Assembly (NCBI GenBank): GCA_023213395.1
Contig: CM041465.1
Location: 198,841,741-198,905,740, forward strand
DNA: 64,000 nt
Reading direction: 5' to 3'
Origin: Cycas panzhihuaensis
Lineage: Eukaryota > Plantae > Cycadophyta
In this document: piece after piece, positions 1 to 13,449 of the stretch
How positions within the stretch are numbered: position 1 is the first letter of the stretch
How the letters are laid out: each line of letters opens with the position of its first letter
Position numbers and translations under genes: made by a program
The notes under the pieces: generated by a model
What the model was told of the DNA's origin: nothing
What the model saw: the letters and a program-made list of their open reading frames with translations, nothing else
The model's database searches: none

Positions 1-3000
1 ACTAAACTTCCATTTTAAGAAAATAATAAAGTAACTCAAGCCTAGTCCTCTCCAAGTTATAATTCAAATCTCCTTGGAGATGTGTTATCCACTTTGTGTA
101 ATTATCAATTATCAATAAATCATCAATATAAAGTATAAACAAAGTGATCAAACCATTATGGATTCTGATATATAGATTTAGATTTGAAGATGAGCGAATG
201 AGTCCATGTTTTTTAAAGTATTCATCAATCTTTGTATAGCAAACATGAGGTGATTACTTAAGGTAATACAATATCTTTTTCAATTTGTAAACTAAATGTT
301 CTTTTCTATGAACAATAAAGTTAGGAGGCTAATTTATGTATATTTCCTCCTACAAGTCACCATTTAAGAAGGTACTTTTCATATCCATATGGTAAACATG
401 CCTATTGAAATAAGTTGCAAGTACCAAAACAAGCCTTATAGTGGTCATCTTGGCAATTAGTGCAAATGTGTCGTCATAATCAATGCCTTCAACCTGTTTG
501 AAACCTTTTGCAATCAAGCATACTTTATGTCATTAAATAGAACCATTTGCATGAAATGTTATTTTATAAATCTGTCTACAATTAATTGGTTTCTTCTCTT
601 CAAGCAACTCAACAAGTACCTAAGTATCATTTTGTAGGATAGAATCCATTTCTTTAGTCACAATTGTTTGCCATTTTAGATCTCCAATAAATTCCTTAAA
701 AGTAGATGGTTCGGGAAGTAATAACATTTCTACAATTAAGGTAAAGTTAACGGATGAATTATATTTTGATTATCTCTTTCCTAATTATGGTGGTAAAGGA
801 GCAAAAGATATTGTCTATATATACTATTTGGTCAACTACTTTGAAGTAGGCTCATCCTAAATATCCCTCAAAGGATTAATAGATGTAAATATGGATGTAG
901 AGGTAAGCGGTGTAGATGATATACTAGGAGTGTATGTTAATGTAGAAGGCATATGTTTTGTAAGAATATTTTGTGGAGTAAGAGGAGCAATAATTCTTTA
1001 TTAGACTGATCATCAAATAATGAAATCTATATGATATCCAAATCTTGGTTCTCTTCTGAGAAACTAATATGCTGAGATATATGCATTTTCTTTGTGGTGG
1101 GATCATATAATTTATACAATTTACAAATGGATTGATAACTAATAAAGATTTATTTCCTACTCTTATTATCTAATGCTTTTCTTTGTTTTTTGGTACGAGC
1201 ATATATGCTATATGACCAAAAGTACATAAATGTAAGATCGTAGATTTTTAACTTGACTAGGCCTCCTCAAGAGTAATGTTCAATATTGCCTTGGTTTAAC
1301 TTCTATTTATGAGATATACTATTGTATGAAGAGCTTCAACCCATAATTAAAGTCCTAAATTCTTGGCAACAAGCATGGTTTTCCCTTTGCTAACCAAGGT
1401 TTAATTCATTCTTTTAGTAACTCTATTTTGTCGAGGGGTGTATGTGGCAAAAAATTATTATTTAATACTATTATCCTTACAGAATTAGATAAACTCATTT
1501 GATGTGTTTTCACGTCCATTATCACAATAAAGGATTTTTAGTGGATTTCTATATTCAAGTTTAATCCTATGCTTAAACTCTTTAAATTTATCAAAGAGTT
1601 TTGATTTCTACTTTAGGAAATATACCCACACTTTTCTCTGATGAGTCAAAAATAAATATAATAACATAACACCAGCCTCCAAAGAATGCTTAAGATATGG
1701 GCCCACAAATATCTCAATGTACTAGGCCTAAAGGTTCCTTTATATACTAGGCTCTTACATCTCACCTAAAATGAACCTAATGATGTTTGCCCATAACACA
1801 AGACTGACATATATATTTAGTCTACTTTATATTTGGTATATAATGCACCATATTTAATTTAAAAAGTAGATGAAGGTTTTTCATATTTAAATGATCTGGG
1901 CATTGATGCCATAATTGGTCTTTTAGAACTTTAGGTGAAACATATGACTTTGAAGTAAATTAATCATCTAAATCTAATGTTGAAGTAGAAGGATTAGAAG
2001 TTGAAGCTAAATTGCTATAAGAACCAAATTCATATGACTTGATCAATGGTCTAGTTATAACATTAAGATTATATGGTCCCTAATCTTCATATCCTGATGC
2101 AATTAAGTTACAATTCAAATCTATAATCAGGAATTTTCCAAAATAGCTAAATAAAACATCAAAGTTTTATTTATTTATTTAGCTAACTAATAACAAGTTA
2201 TGTATCAAGTGAGGTACATATAAACATTATTAAGTTGATGTAGAGTATCTGAATTCTTAAATGAGATAGGTACATTGCTAATCTTGGTAACTTTTAGAGT
2301 ACTATCTTCTCCAAAAGTGGTATATTAATCCTAAATTAGTCTTATATCAACGATAAGTTCTTCTAAACCAATCATATATTGTGAGGCGGTTGAATCGATC
2401 AACTAGGAAATGTTAGAATGATGAGTTAGTAAAGTAGCGAAGAAAAGATTTTGAGAGTTGGCCATGTGGCCTCCTTGATTATATCTTTAGTTACAATTCC
2501 TATTTTGTTGGTTGCTCTAAGGAGCATTCTAATTTTATCTCCTCGGTCCCTGGTAATTTTGCTAATTTTATCTTTGTGGCCCCTAATAATTTTTACATAC
2601 ATTATTTTAATCACCCTAAATAGTAGGGTGATTTAGAAACTATTGTTCTATAAGGTCAACTCTCTTTTTTGTACAGTGAAGTGCTATATGTCTACGTTTT
2701 CCATAACAGTGACAAACAACTTAAGGATTATAAGGTGGTTGAAGTTGATGTGGATGATATAACTATTGATTAGTCTACCAATTTAAATTTAATTAACTAA
2801 ATTGATGTGTTAAATATGGACATTATGGTCTTTCTCTATGTCAAGCTACAAATATTGGTGAGGAAGAGGAAGCACCTATATTCCCTAAATAATTTAAAAT
2901 ACATTATTCTTAGATTAGTAGATCCTCAAATATGTTATAATTAATAGGCGCAAGTCAATCTATATATAATAGATTAGATATGAAGATATTATAACCAAGT

Positions 3001-4931
3001 TGTAAGACATTGATAATACAAGATATGAGATCATTATCATATGGTAGCTAATTCGTCACTATCAACTAGTTCTTAATCACCTTAATGCAGGATAAGTAAG
3101 TCACTATAGATCCTATAAAAGAATAGAGTAAAGCTAGGTTTTGAGCATCTTTGCCCTAGTAATATCCTTCCTCTAATAGAGTGTATATATGATATTCCAA
3201 GTAATTAGAGAGGTAGGGGCAAGTTTAATGCTTTAGTTGACATTATCTTCACGTGACAAGTACAAGAAAGAAATGGCAACTTTATCAAACTCTTCAAAGG
3301 TAGCTCTAGTATCAGATCAAGAGGAATGATGTTCTTAAAATCATTAGGTTATTGAATGGGAACTAGATTAAGAAATTTTCCATAAACAGAAGGCAAAAGT
3401 TTATTTATTATTAATTTATTCTCAATATATATTTTCCAAACCAAGAAATTATCATTGCCAAAAAGTTTAATAGTATTAGTTGTAATCATTTGAAGCACCA
3501 TGATGTTTGATATGTATCCTATCTAGCTAAAAGAATATGTTAATCTAGGATATATATCTCAATGTCTATAATCATAAGAGCTTCTTGCGGTTTAGATGGT
3601 TCTATCTAATGGCATACTTACTCACAAGTGATAACTCAAGGACCCAATATTCTTGAAGGTACATAAGTACTATAAAAGGATTAGCCACCTCTCTAACACT
3701 GTTAACCCACCTACACTAGATTTATAACCTGAATAATAGATCCTCATTTAAAGACACACTTATAGCCAAGGTACTCACCCCCTCCAGGTTTAACCTAGTC
3801 TAAGAACTCTAAGGTTTTGGATATAACACCTTAGCCTTCCACTCAATATACTTGATAACTAATGGGTTTCCCTAATATTCATAAAATTTGACAAAGACCA
3901 TTAGTGTATATAGAGTGGTAACTTTAGAGATCCTAGTCATTCCCCTTACAAGTTTAATAATCAGATAGTTTAATTAGGTATTATCTTTTTTAATATTTTT
4001 TGTTAATTTTTAAAAGATTTTATAATTAAAAAAATAAATTTTATGCTTTAAGTAGTAAACATAGAAGAAATCCCTAAAAACTAAAATTTACCTAAAATAG
4101 ATTAAAAATAGGCCTTAAAAAGCTTTTAAAATGATTAAAAAGCAAGATTAAATTAGGGACACTTATCAAATATGGAATGCATTATGAATATACTAATCTA
4201 AATAACCTAAAGTTTTTAAACGCTATAAATAAAATAAAATAAATGATGGTCTTTTAAAAGGATGATGATAAAGTTTAGATACTAGCAATTAGTTCTTTCT
4301 ATAGAAGCTATGAAATCTCATTCTATCTTCTCCATTATAAAGATGACATTTCCAAGGTCATAATGAATAATCATATAGTATAGTTTTAGTAGTCTAATAG
4401 TGATCATGACTTAGATGGAATTAATAACTCTGTCTAAATCTATAATTTAAAGAAGATCGATCAAATTTAAGTGATAATAATCTTTGTTTGCTTTTCTATT
4501 ATCTCTAAATCTTTTACACCCAGCTTTAATCACCAAACAACCATAAAAATATCTAAGATTATAGTCCACCACACAAAATGTAGTATGTAGAAATCATTGT
4601 TATGTAGATGACGATGTTGTAGAGATCTAGAGAAGAGCACTAGAGGTTAAATGATCTAATAACCACAAAATTAACATGACATCAATGACACATCCTATGT
4701 AGAGGAACACAAAGCTCATATAAGGAGAGAATAATTGAGTGCATAAGGCCATGAATAATAGATAATAGCCATATAGGGATAAATAACAAATAAGCCAATA
4801 GATGTAGAGACACAAAAAAATATGCAAGGATGTGAGGATGTTTCACAAAGATTGTTATAATAGCAGTTATGCAAACGATAATCATACAAGTGAGAGAGGT
4901 AAGCCCAAACAAAGATGCAAATGGGAACCAC
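1..4931 (-). mobile_element. Degenerate Ty1/Copia LTR retrotransposon, family A copy 1 (RT runs off the left edge; 5' end lost at the junction with element B1)
   Basis: Minus-strand remnants of RT (1-700), integrase (~1000-1650), GAG-pre/protease (~1750-2420) and gag starting MVLQMITTNTIKLFGNDNF at 3501, with many stops. Colinear with 33360-37720. Confidence 0.9.
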
Positions 4932-5241
4932 AAAGAGGTTAATGTATCAAGGTCATTTATGTAGATTAATTACATGACCTTAAGATATATTGATTAACAT
5001 TAGTCTCTTAATGAAATGCACTTTATGTGCATTTAGATGTAATTTCGTGTTCATGTCATTAAACAAGAAAATCCTAACCCTAATACTCACCCTCAATAAT
5101 AAAAGGTGAAATCTCAATGAGGGAGTAATTATTCATTCTCACCTCCAAGATTGCTCTCATATCTGGTTTTATTTCTTTTTCATTCTCCATTGCCATTGTA
5201 TACATGTGAGTGATTTATTACTTAGATCCATCATTTCTTCA
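4932..5241 (+). repeat. 5' LTR of Copia B1
   Basis: Similar to the reverse complement of LTR 58200-58496 (shared GGTTAA..AAGGTCATT, TGAAATGCACTTT..GTGCATT, TAGATCCA..TTCA) and followed by a PBS. The 5' TG is not preserved. Confidence 0.75.
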
Positions 5242-8200
5242 TGTGGTATCAGAGTTAGAAGGGGATCTATTCACTCCATTACACTTGAGTGGAGTCATTT
5301 TACCTCTCTTTCACCTTCAATGCGAAGTATTGAGAGTGCATTCATCATTTTTTAATATTTTAAGAGCTTAAAATTATAGTACTTTATATGTTACTATTTT
5401 TTATATGTGTGCAAAAATTTAGAGGTGAAGAATATAGGTTTTTGAAGCCGTTCAACTACCGGAACAGTCCCAAAAGTATTAAAGGCCTATAATTTCATAA
5501 AAAAAAATTGACCACGTCAGAATTTGGTAAAATTTGGCACACAAGGTCGCCTTGACTAGAGGATCAATTTTGTCTTCTAGAGCAACTTTAGATTCAGCCT
5601 GTAATAATGAGTTTTGGCTGTGACAAAAGGGTAAAATTTGTAGATAAGTAATTTAAGGTACTTTTCCCAATGAAATCATTTAATTATTAGCTAAAAATCT
5701 AAAAGATTTATTAAGGGATCTGGTAGATTTACGTCTTAGGATCAGTTTAAGATAAATCTCATCAAATTTCATCTACTGGTTAGTGATATCTATGGAGTTT
5801 TCTCATGGTTCCTAATTTTGCCTTGCAAGGGCATTTTAAGTAGTTTTTTGGTAGATTTTGAAGATGGTGCAGAAGGGAAAGTTAATATACATGTCAAAAC
5901 ATAACTTTTGACATATTGAAGTTCAGATTTTGAGACAGTAGATCTCGTAGGATTTTACTTTTGTGCTTTTTCAGGTAGAAAGTTTTTTATACCTTTCCAG
6001 AAACCTAACTTCACAACTCTATTATAAATTTAGATTTCATCATTTAGGCCTTCATATTTGTAATTTTTAGAAAAAATTACTCGTTTATCATTATTTATAA
6101 GTCTTTTTAAAATATCACAAAATATAGCAAAATAACATACATATAAATTTAGAAAATTTAACATTTTAGCAGTAAGTTGATTTGGTTTTTAGCCCATTGT
6201 GGCTTTTGTATCAAAACATCCAAAAACATATTTAGAAACATTTTACTAAAGCAAGGGAAACCTTGGATTGGAAGCAACATCTGGTTCCCCTGTTAAATCT
6301 AGCATGTTTTTTCTCTTTGTACGCATAGCATAAACCATCATATAAAGTAGTAATAACAATAAAGCAAGCATGAAAAGCAAACAAGCACATTTGGCAACTC
6401 TCTATTTCAGTTTTCAGTTATATGAAAATATCTTACACTATTTCTAAAATGAATCTCATTTGTATGATCTATACTGTCAATTCTTGACTTGTGCGCACAC
6501 TCTTCTTGGTCGAAATAGAACAAGGTTGGCTGAAGTCTAGGCCCTAAGGGAGGTGTGAATTTCATACTGAGTCTGGTCTTAACCGGAATAGTGGTGGATG
6601 GACAGGTTAGCCATACCTACAACCTCTAATTAGGGATAATCCTTATAACCACCCTAGAAAACTGAAAACTTTAATGCAAGATTAAAATTAATCTGGTCCA
6701 ATATCCATCATAGCCGTGGGATATGCACTACTATTTGACTCTTTGGAGGAGGTATATAGCTGCTCATTGGTGAACTGGATGAGGACTGGGAGTACCTGGG
6801 CTCCATTGTGACTTAGATTTTATCACCAAGTGCAAGTGCAGGTATTGCAGGTGAAGGCCTTAATCGTATACTAGAAGCCTTAGGCATTGAAACCTCACAT
6901 ACATTTAGACATAAGTGAGAGGTTAGTGGCATGACACATCACCACTCTTTGTTAGCTCTATATTATGCCTTATTCTTATATCATTGCTTATATTCATTTT
7001 ATTTTTCATAGTTCTTGAAAATAATTAATCATTGCTTGCTTCTCATCATAATCATTCATTTCTACATCCTTATTGTGCCAGGTGTTTTAGCCACACGTGT
7101 CAGTAGCACATACTTCTATCATCTCTTCTATTTCATCATCACCATGCCATCTTAATTCAAGCAGAATGTTAACTATATATTGAAAGACAAAGAAAATTAG
7201 GATTTATGGTACATTAGAGTTAAAAATGCTATAAAGTATGAAGGCCTTTAGAGAGCCTATTTACAGCCTATACCTAGCATACTAGCAAGAACTATAACAA
7301 CCACTTCCAGTGAATCCTCCCCAGTAGCTCCTACAGATGTTGTAGCCAAACTACAATGGAAGATAGATTATGAAAAGATTTATGCTCGAAGGTTCTTAAA
7401 GTTCTCAAGAAGAACTTTGATACCAAATCAGATTCAGAATTTATTCATCTTATTCTAAAAATGAACAAATTAAAAATGCAGAAGGCGGGCTCATCAGATA
7501 ATAAATCTCCTTCGACCAATCAAACAGGCAATTCATAAAGATTTTAAGACTCAATGTATCACTTGGGCATTCTTGATCCAGTCATATCTATATATTCCTG
7601 ATTATTAAAACTTATTTGAAAGTCTTCAATCTAATGGAACATTGAAGACACTCAGCTTTGAAGTACTTGCTGATAAATTCATAGAATTTAACAAGACCTT
7701 TGATACGAACTTTGTAGCCTCTGACTCTCTTTCAAATCTGACCTTTGAGGTAGAAGAAGAAGTTTGCTACACAAGAAATTAAGGTCTCTCTCATGGTAGA
7801 GAAAATAACCGAGCAAGAGGAAGATGAAGAAATATAGGAAATTGTCCACAAGGTCAACCAAACCCTGAGTCACAATCTCAACAGTTTCAAGGCCAAGGGC
7901 CACCTCAACAAAGAGCAAGATAGTCAGGCCAAACCAGTACCTCTTCAGGGACTAGTAATCAAACTATTATGTGTGATCAGTGTAACTGTAAAGGGCACTT
8001 AGCAAAAGACTGTAAAACTATCACTTATATGTTGGCTAAGTTAGAACTAAAATATGGAGCTCACAATGTTTAAGAAAGTTATGAAGAATCCTTTAGTGGT
8101 GTAGGTTTTGTACAAACACACGTTCAAAGAATTGAGGGATTTTCAGCATCAAATACCATTGACCAACCAAAGAGATACTTTGAAGCTCAATGTGGATATA

Positions 8201-10645
8201 TCACTTGTGAATTCTCTTTACCAATGCCAAGGCCTATTGGAATTGCCAATAGTGTGGCTTCAATCGATGGACAGTGGATCATGGACACAGGAGCAACTCA
8301 ATATATGACATGTAATCGCAGTCTATATCAGACATTTAACTCAAATATTTAAGAAATTATTCACGTGGCTGATAAATCACAACAACCTATTGAAGGAATT
8401 GGTAACGTTCACTTAAAACTCCCAGGCTTAGAAGAATTTACATTGCTTGATGTCTTATACATACCCAATCTTAAATAAAACCTACTATTCTTATCCAAAC
8501 TTGTCTCTCATGGATTTGATCTGAGTGTAACCGCAAATGACCAGAATCTCTAGGTCATTTACCCTCCAACTAATCAGGTGGTTTTGACTGGATATCTCTC
8601 TAGCAAACTCTTTCGACTGAATGGATCTCCATCTTCTGAAGCCCATTGTGCCTAAAGCCCTTGTGCCAATGAAGAATTTACATTTAATTCCATCTTGAAT
8701 CATTCAACGTTATCACCATAAGCTCTTTGGCATACTCGTATGGGCCATGTTCACATTGATAGACTTAGAGATCTTTCTAACACTCTTCCAAATCTTCCAA
8801 AGTTCTCCTCTAAGCCCTTTAAATATGAAGCTTCTATCATTGCCAAATCTCATAGACAACCCTTTCCCAAAAGTCAGTAGAAATTGAGCCATCCATTACA
8901 ATTGGTACACTCTTATTTGTGCGGGCTAATGCCCATTCCTTCACTAAAGGGTAAGTTATATTATATCTCCTTCATTGATGATTTCACTAAAAAAGTATGG
9001 GTAGCTTTTCTACATAAGAAAGATGAAGCCTTTCGTATATTCAAAGAATACAAATCCCTCACTGAAAAGGAGTCAGGTTATTAACTCAAATGTCTTTGAA
9101 CTGATAATGGTGGCAAATATACCTCACATGAGTTTGAAAGCTACCTTCGAGATAATGGCATAAAGCATGAAACAACAGTAGCAGGTACACCATAGCAAAA
9201 TAGAGTTGCCGAGTATATGAATAGGAGAATCATAAACATGGCTCGGGCTATGTTGATATACAAAAATGTACCTGCCTACCTATGGGTCGAAGCTATCTAA
9301 ATAACTGTTTATTATATCAATGTTGTTAACCCATCAAAAGTAGTACAATCACCTAATGAAAAGTGGTCAGGACAAGCCCCCATTGTTCACTACAAAATTT
9401 TTGGCTCTATATGCTATGCCCACATTCTGGATGTAGATCGAAATAAACTACAACCAAGGGCACTTAAAGGTATCTTTGTTGGATACCCTATGGATAAGAA
9501 AGGGTATAAGGTTTTTATACCTTCACAAGGAAAAATCATTGTTACCAGAGGTGTTGTTTTTGTAGAGATAGAAGATCAATTACTTAAACTGGACTTTAAA
9601 GTACCCTCATGGCACTATAATCATGTTATCAAGTATAATGTTCAGATTTCAAAATTTAGGATGACGGATAGACATAAATTACTCCAAATATTGGAAGCTG
9701 ACAATAGAGCCTCAGAGGATATAAGTTGTGACTCTAAACCGATGAGTACACATCTAGCACCATCTTTTGAAGATAGTAAAGTTAACAAAGGTAAAACCAT
9801 TATAAAAGAACCATCCTCTCCACCTTCAGTCAATAAAGATAAAACATTGGTAGAAGGACCATTTTCCTTAGGCACATCAACATCCTCCTCACAAAATAAT
9901 CATTTCAATGAACAAGATGAGAATCAAGAAGTTGAGAAAATGAGGACCACATTCCCAAATCAAGGATCTCGAGAAGCCTGCCAACTTAATAAAGATATAT
10001 GATTAGATGATGTGGGAAAAACTGGCACTCAAAGTGCCCACAGCAAAAGGATGTAAGAATCATTATATATTAAGCTTGAACAGGTAGAACTATACCTTAC
10101 TCTTAATGAAGAGCCCCTAATGTACCAAGAAGCAATGTAATAAACGAATAGTACCAATCTCTTATCAACAACGATACATGGCAGCTTGTTAATCTACCTC
10201 TTGGCGGAAAGGTAATTCAAAATAAATGAGTCTTCAAAAGTAAATATAGATCAGACGGCACACTGAAAAATGCAAGGCGAGATTGGTAGCTAAAGGATTT
10301 ACACAAAGGGAAAGCATTGACTATACTGAAGTATTTGCACCTACAACCAAGTAGCCTACAATTAGAACTCTTATGGCCTTGGCTGCTCAACAGGGTTGGA
10401 AAATCCACCAACTCGATATTAAGACCGCGTTTCTCAGTAGAGATCTTGAAGAAGAAATTTACATGGCTCAGCCAGAAGGATATGAGATTGAAGGTCAAGA
10501 GCATAAGGTTTGCAGGCTCAGAAAGTCCTTATACAGCCTTAAACAAGTCACTCATTCTTGGTTTACCAAGTTGTCTGAAAGAATTAGGCAACTTGGATAT
10601 GAGGTTTGTGACTACCAAGATATTGATACAACATTGTTCATTATT
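4932..10645 (+). mobile_element. Degenerate Ty1/Copia LTR retrotransposon, family B copy 1 (5' LTR, gag, PR, INT, partial RT; 3'-truncated)
   Basis: LTR ~4932-5241 ending CA, tRNA-Met PBS TGGTATCAGAG 5244-5254, gag ATG 7144, zinc knuckle ~7970-8015, protease WIMDTGATQYMT ~8275, integrase YYISFIDDFTKKVWV (ORF 8884), RT WKIHQLDIKTAFL (ORF 10373). Homologous to 58200-64000. Confidence 0.92.
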
Positions 10646-10649
10646 TTTT

Positions 10650-13356
10650 AACTCTATGTGGATTTCTTTTGTTGGTTCATCATCTAAATGATAACATATT
10701 AAGAAGAATAAAAGATGAGTATGTAGCTTTACTTACTTGTTACTCTAATGTCCATGTCATTCTTAGCTTATGGGAAACACTTACCTCCTTAGCAGTAAAA
10801 CCTATTCAACTTATGGCTAAAAGATAGTAAATTCTATCAATAAAGATCTAGTTAGTCCATTAATGAGCTCATATGTATAAGAAGAGGAATGGATTTTCCA
10901 TAGTTTAGCCTTGTTAGTAGGTAATCAAAAGATATTACCCTTAATTTAGCCTTATTGGAAAGATAAGTTAGAGGTGTATTGACTAGGAAGGGTAATAGGT
11001 CAGTGACCAGATCAAACCAATCTAGGCTAGTGGTTGTGAGGAACTTAGATAAGTATAAATGGGGCCACCATAGTTTATCCTCATGAGTGGCTATCTTTTA
11101 GAGTGATCTTAGGTAGTTGGGGGATTGGACTAATAACTAAATAAGATAGGAATGATAGCCAAAATTTTTGTTCAAAAGCTTAGGGACTTAGACAAATGAG
11201 GCAATGCTTTGAATATTAAGGGAGAGGACTCAAGTGTCAAGGTGGGTTGCCATAGTTTAGCCTCATTAGTAGTCATTTGTCGAAGGAGGTCTTTGGGATT
11301 ATCTTAGAGCCATAGTTTTTATTTTTATGGTTTTATAATTTTCTTGTATTTTTATTATTTTATAATTTTTTTAGAAACTTTAATAGTTTTATATTAGGTT
11401 TTTAGTTTTTAAGATGTTTTCCTAAAATGAGGTAGATAAACTGGAAAGGAAATGACATAAATAAGCAAGGAAGAGGTTTTGGATACTAACAGAACAATAC
11501 ACTCTAGGGACATTATAGCCTAACCAAGTATATATAAGTGTTTACAAATGTACATAATAGTTTATACTTATTTCATAGTAAAAGTGATAGTTTAGGCTCT
11601 TATCAAAGTGAAGGGGAAGTTGACACCTTGGCCTAACTTTCATGGTGGGCTAAGGATACCAGAAATTATCACCACAATTTAACTTCTTTGGTGAGTGCCC
11701 CTTAGAGGTAGTGATAGAGGAGTTGTCTAATAGACAGGATCTTAATAAAAGGACTATTAGGTTGGAGGAGGATCTTGCATCTATGACAAATGGTGCTCAA
11801 GAATGAAGGTGACCGATCGATTTGTCTTAATCTTATATTCTCGTGGGATATAGTCGATGTTAATAGGAGAGAATCATGCTAAGAGGAAGCTAACCTAGTT
11901 AGAAAGGCCATGCAATTTAGGACAATTAACTTGGTAGACCTGAGTAAGTTATGAGACAATAAGCTAGGAGTCTAAGTATAATATAATAGGGACTTGATGA
12001 ATACCTAAAGCATTAGTCGAGGCCTTTATAATAGTAATGTATTTAGCTATGTTATTAGTTGCTATAGGCAAATAGACTCCAAAGTGAATAAGTAGGTGTC
12101 TTGGGTGATCATAAATGGTTTAAGATACAGTTAAAGGGATAGGATTCCCATGGCTAGCTCTATCAGTATGGATAATCAATGCCATGGGAAAATGCAATAG
12201 TAACTTAGAGTAGGCTTGATGAATGAGGGGGATGGGAAAAAATTAGCCAACATCACTAGGGCATAGGTTTGTTTGTAAGCTTTGACTAAAACAATGGATT
12301 AAATGCAAACATTATTAGTGGATCTATGTTAGTATCATAAGTAATTTTATGGTTTATTTTGAATTTATCTATGTTGAGTAGGTTTCGATCATAACTAAGG
12401 CCACAATGGACCGAAATAGTTAGATCTAAAGGTCCTAAATAACCCATATTACAAACTATAAGTGGGGATGAGACTGATATGTGACCTTCCCTAGATACTA
12501 TGAAAGTGGTGGTAAGTACATACAACTTGTGCTCCCAGAAATAATTATATATCTCTCATATGATATCAAAATCTAGTGGCATTAGTTGTGTTCTAAGTTA
12601 ACTCTTGGAGGTTTTAATGAGTGGTTATATAATATGCTTTGAAGATTTTTTAAGGTAATTTTAATGATATTATATTTGAATATTGATTTGACAAGATGTT
12701 AAAGTGAAGCATGTGATTTAAAGAAAAGGTGTTTTGTCACATGGGACTACTTAGATAACCATTTCTGAGGTTTGTTCCATGGTGTAGTGGATGGGGTGAG
12801 TTTTCATCTTGATTTGTCTCTTACAATTGTGGCCTTAGTTGAGAGAGGCAAAATAGGTAAAATGAGAGCAGGTGAACACTACTTAGAAGGTGAATATTAG
12901 TAAACCATGTACAAGAAATCTATTTTAGAGAATTAGTGAGTACAATAATTGGTTACACCCGTGCTTTAATAGATGTTTGGTTTTTATGTAGACCCATCAT
13001 CAAGATTTAAAGTAGTTATGTGATATGGTCTAACATTAAAGGGGGAATATTAGGTAATGTTAACCTATAAAAAAATTTAATTAATGTAAATCAATATGGT
13101 TATCCCTTTAATGTAGTTAATTAATTGACTAAGTGGCTCGTGAAATGTGATTAGATAACTAAGTGGTTTAATATACCATAAATACATATCAGTTTAATAA
13201 TATAATTTGGAGGTGGCTATTTCCCACAAGTATATTATATTCCAAACATATATATTTTTTATATTTATTCTTTATTTCCACATGTATGGCATAGTGTCAT
13301 AATCTTGTATGAACATAAGACCTATATGACGTGTTTATGCAGTTTTATTTCCATCA
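10650..13356 (+). mobile_element. Highly degenerate, internally deleted Copia-like remnant with PPT and probable 3' LTR
   Basis: Faint protease-like (IDS..~12072) and RNase H-like (EGEY~12887) traces, polypurine tract AAAGGGGGAA 13038-13049, then LTR-like sequence from ~13050. Boundaries are approximate. Confidence 0.4.
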
Positions 13357-13449
13357 TTTGGTATCTGCATATGTTTTGATCCTACCATATTCTAACAAAG
13401 ATAATATATGTAATGTGTTTCATGCTATTTGTTATATGTGGTTATTGTA

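Noticed and set aside
2426-2636. Short hydrophobic ORFs (also 22367-22558, 35352-35555, 62548-62838)
   Set aside because: Antisense or alternate frames of purine-rich gag regions of Copia elements.
6776-6830. Hammerhead ribozyme (CTGGATGAGGAC resembles CUGAUGA)
   Set aside because: The core motif is imperfect and there is no GAAA or matching stem II.
10898-11320. CRISPR-like array
   Set aside because: Eukaryotic TE context, spacers of ~150 bp, degenerate repeats and no cas genes.
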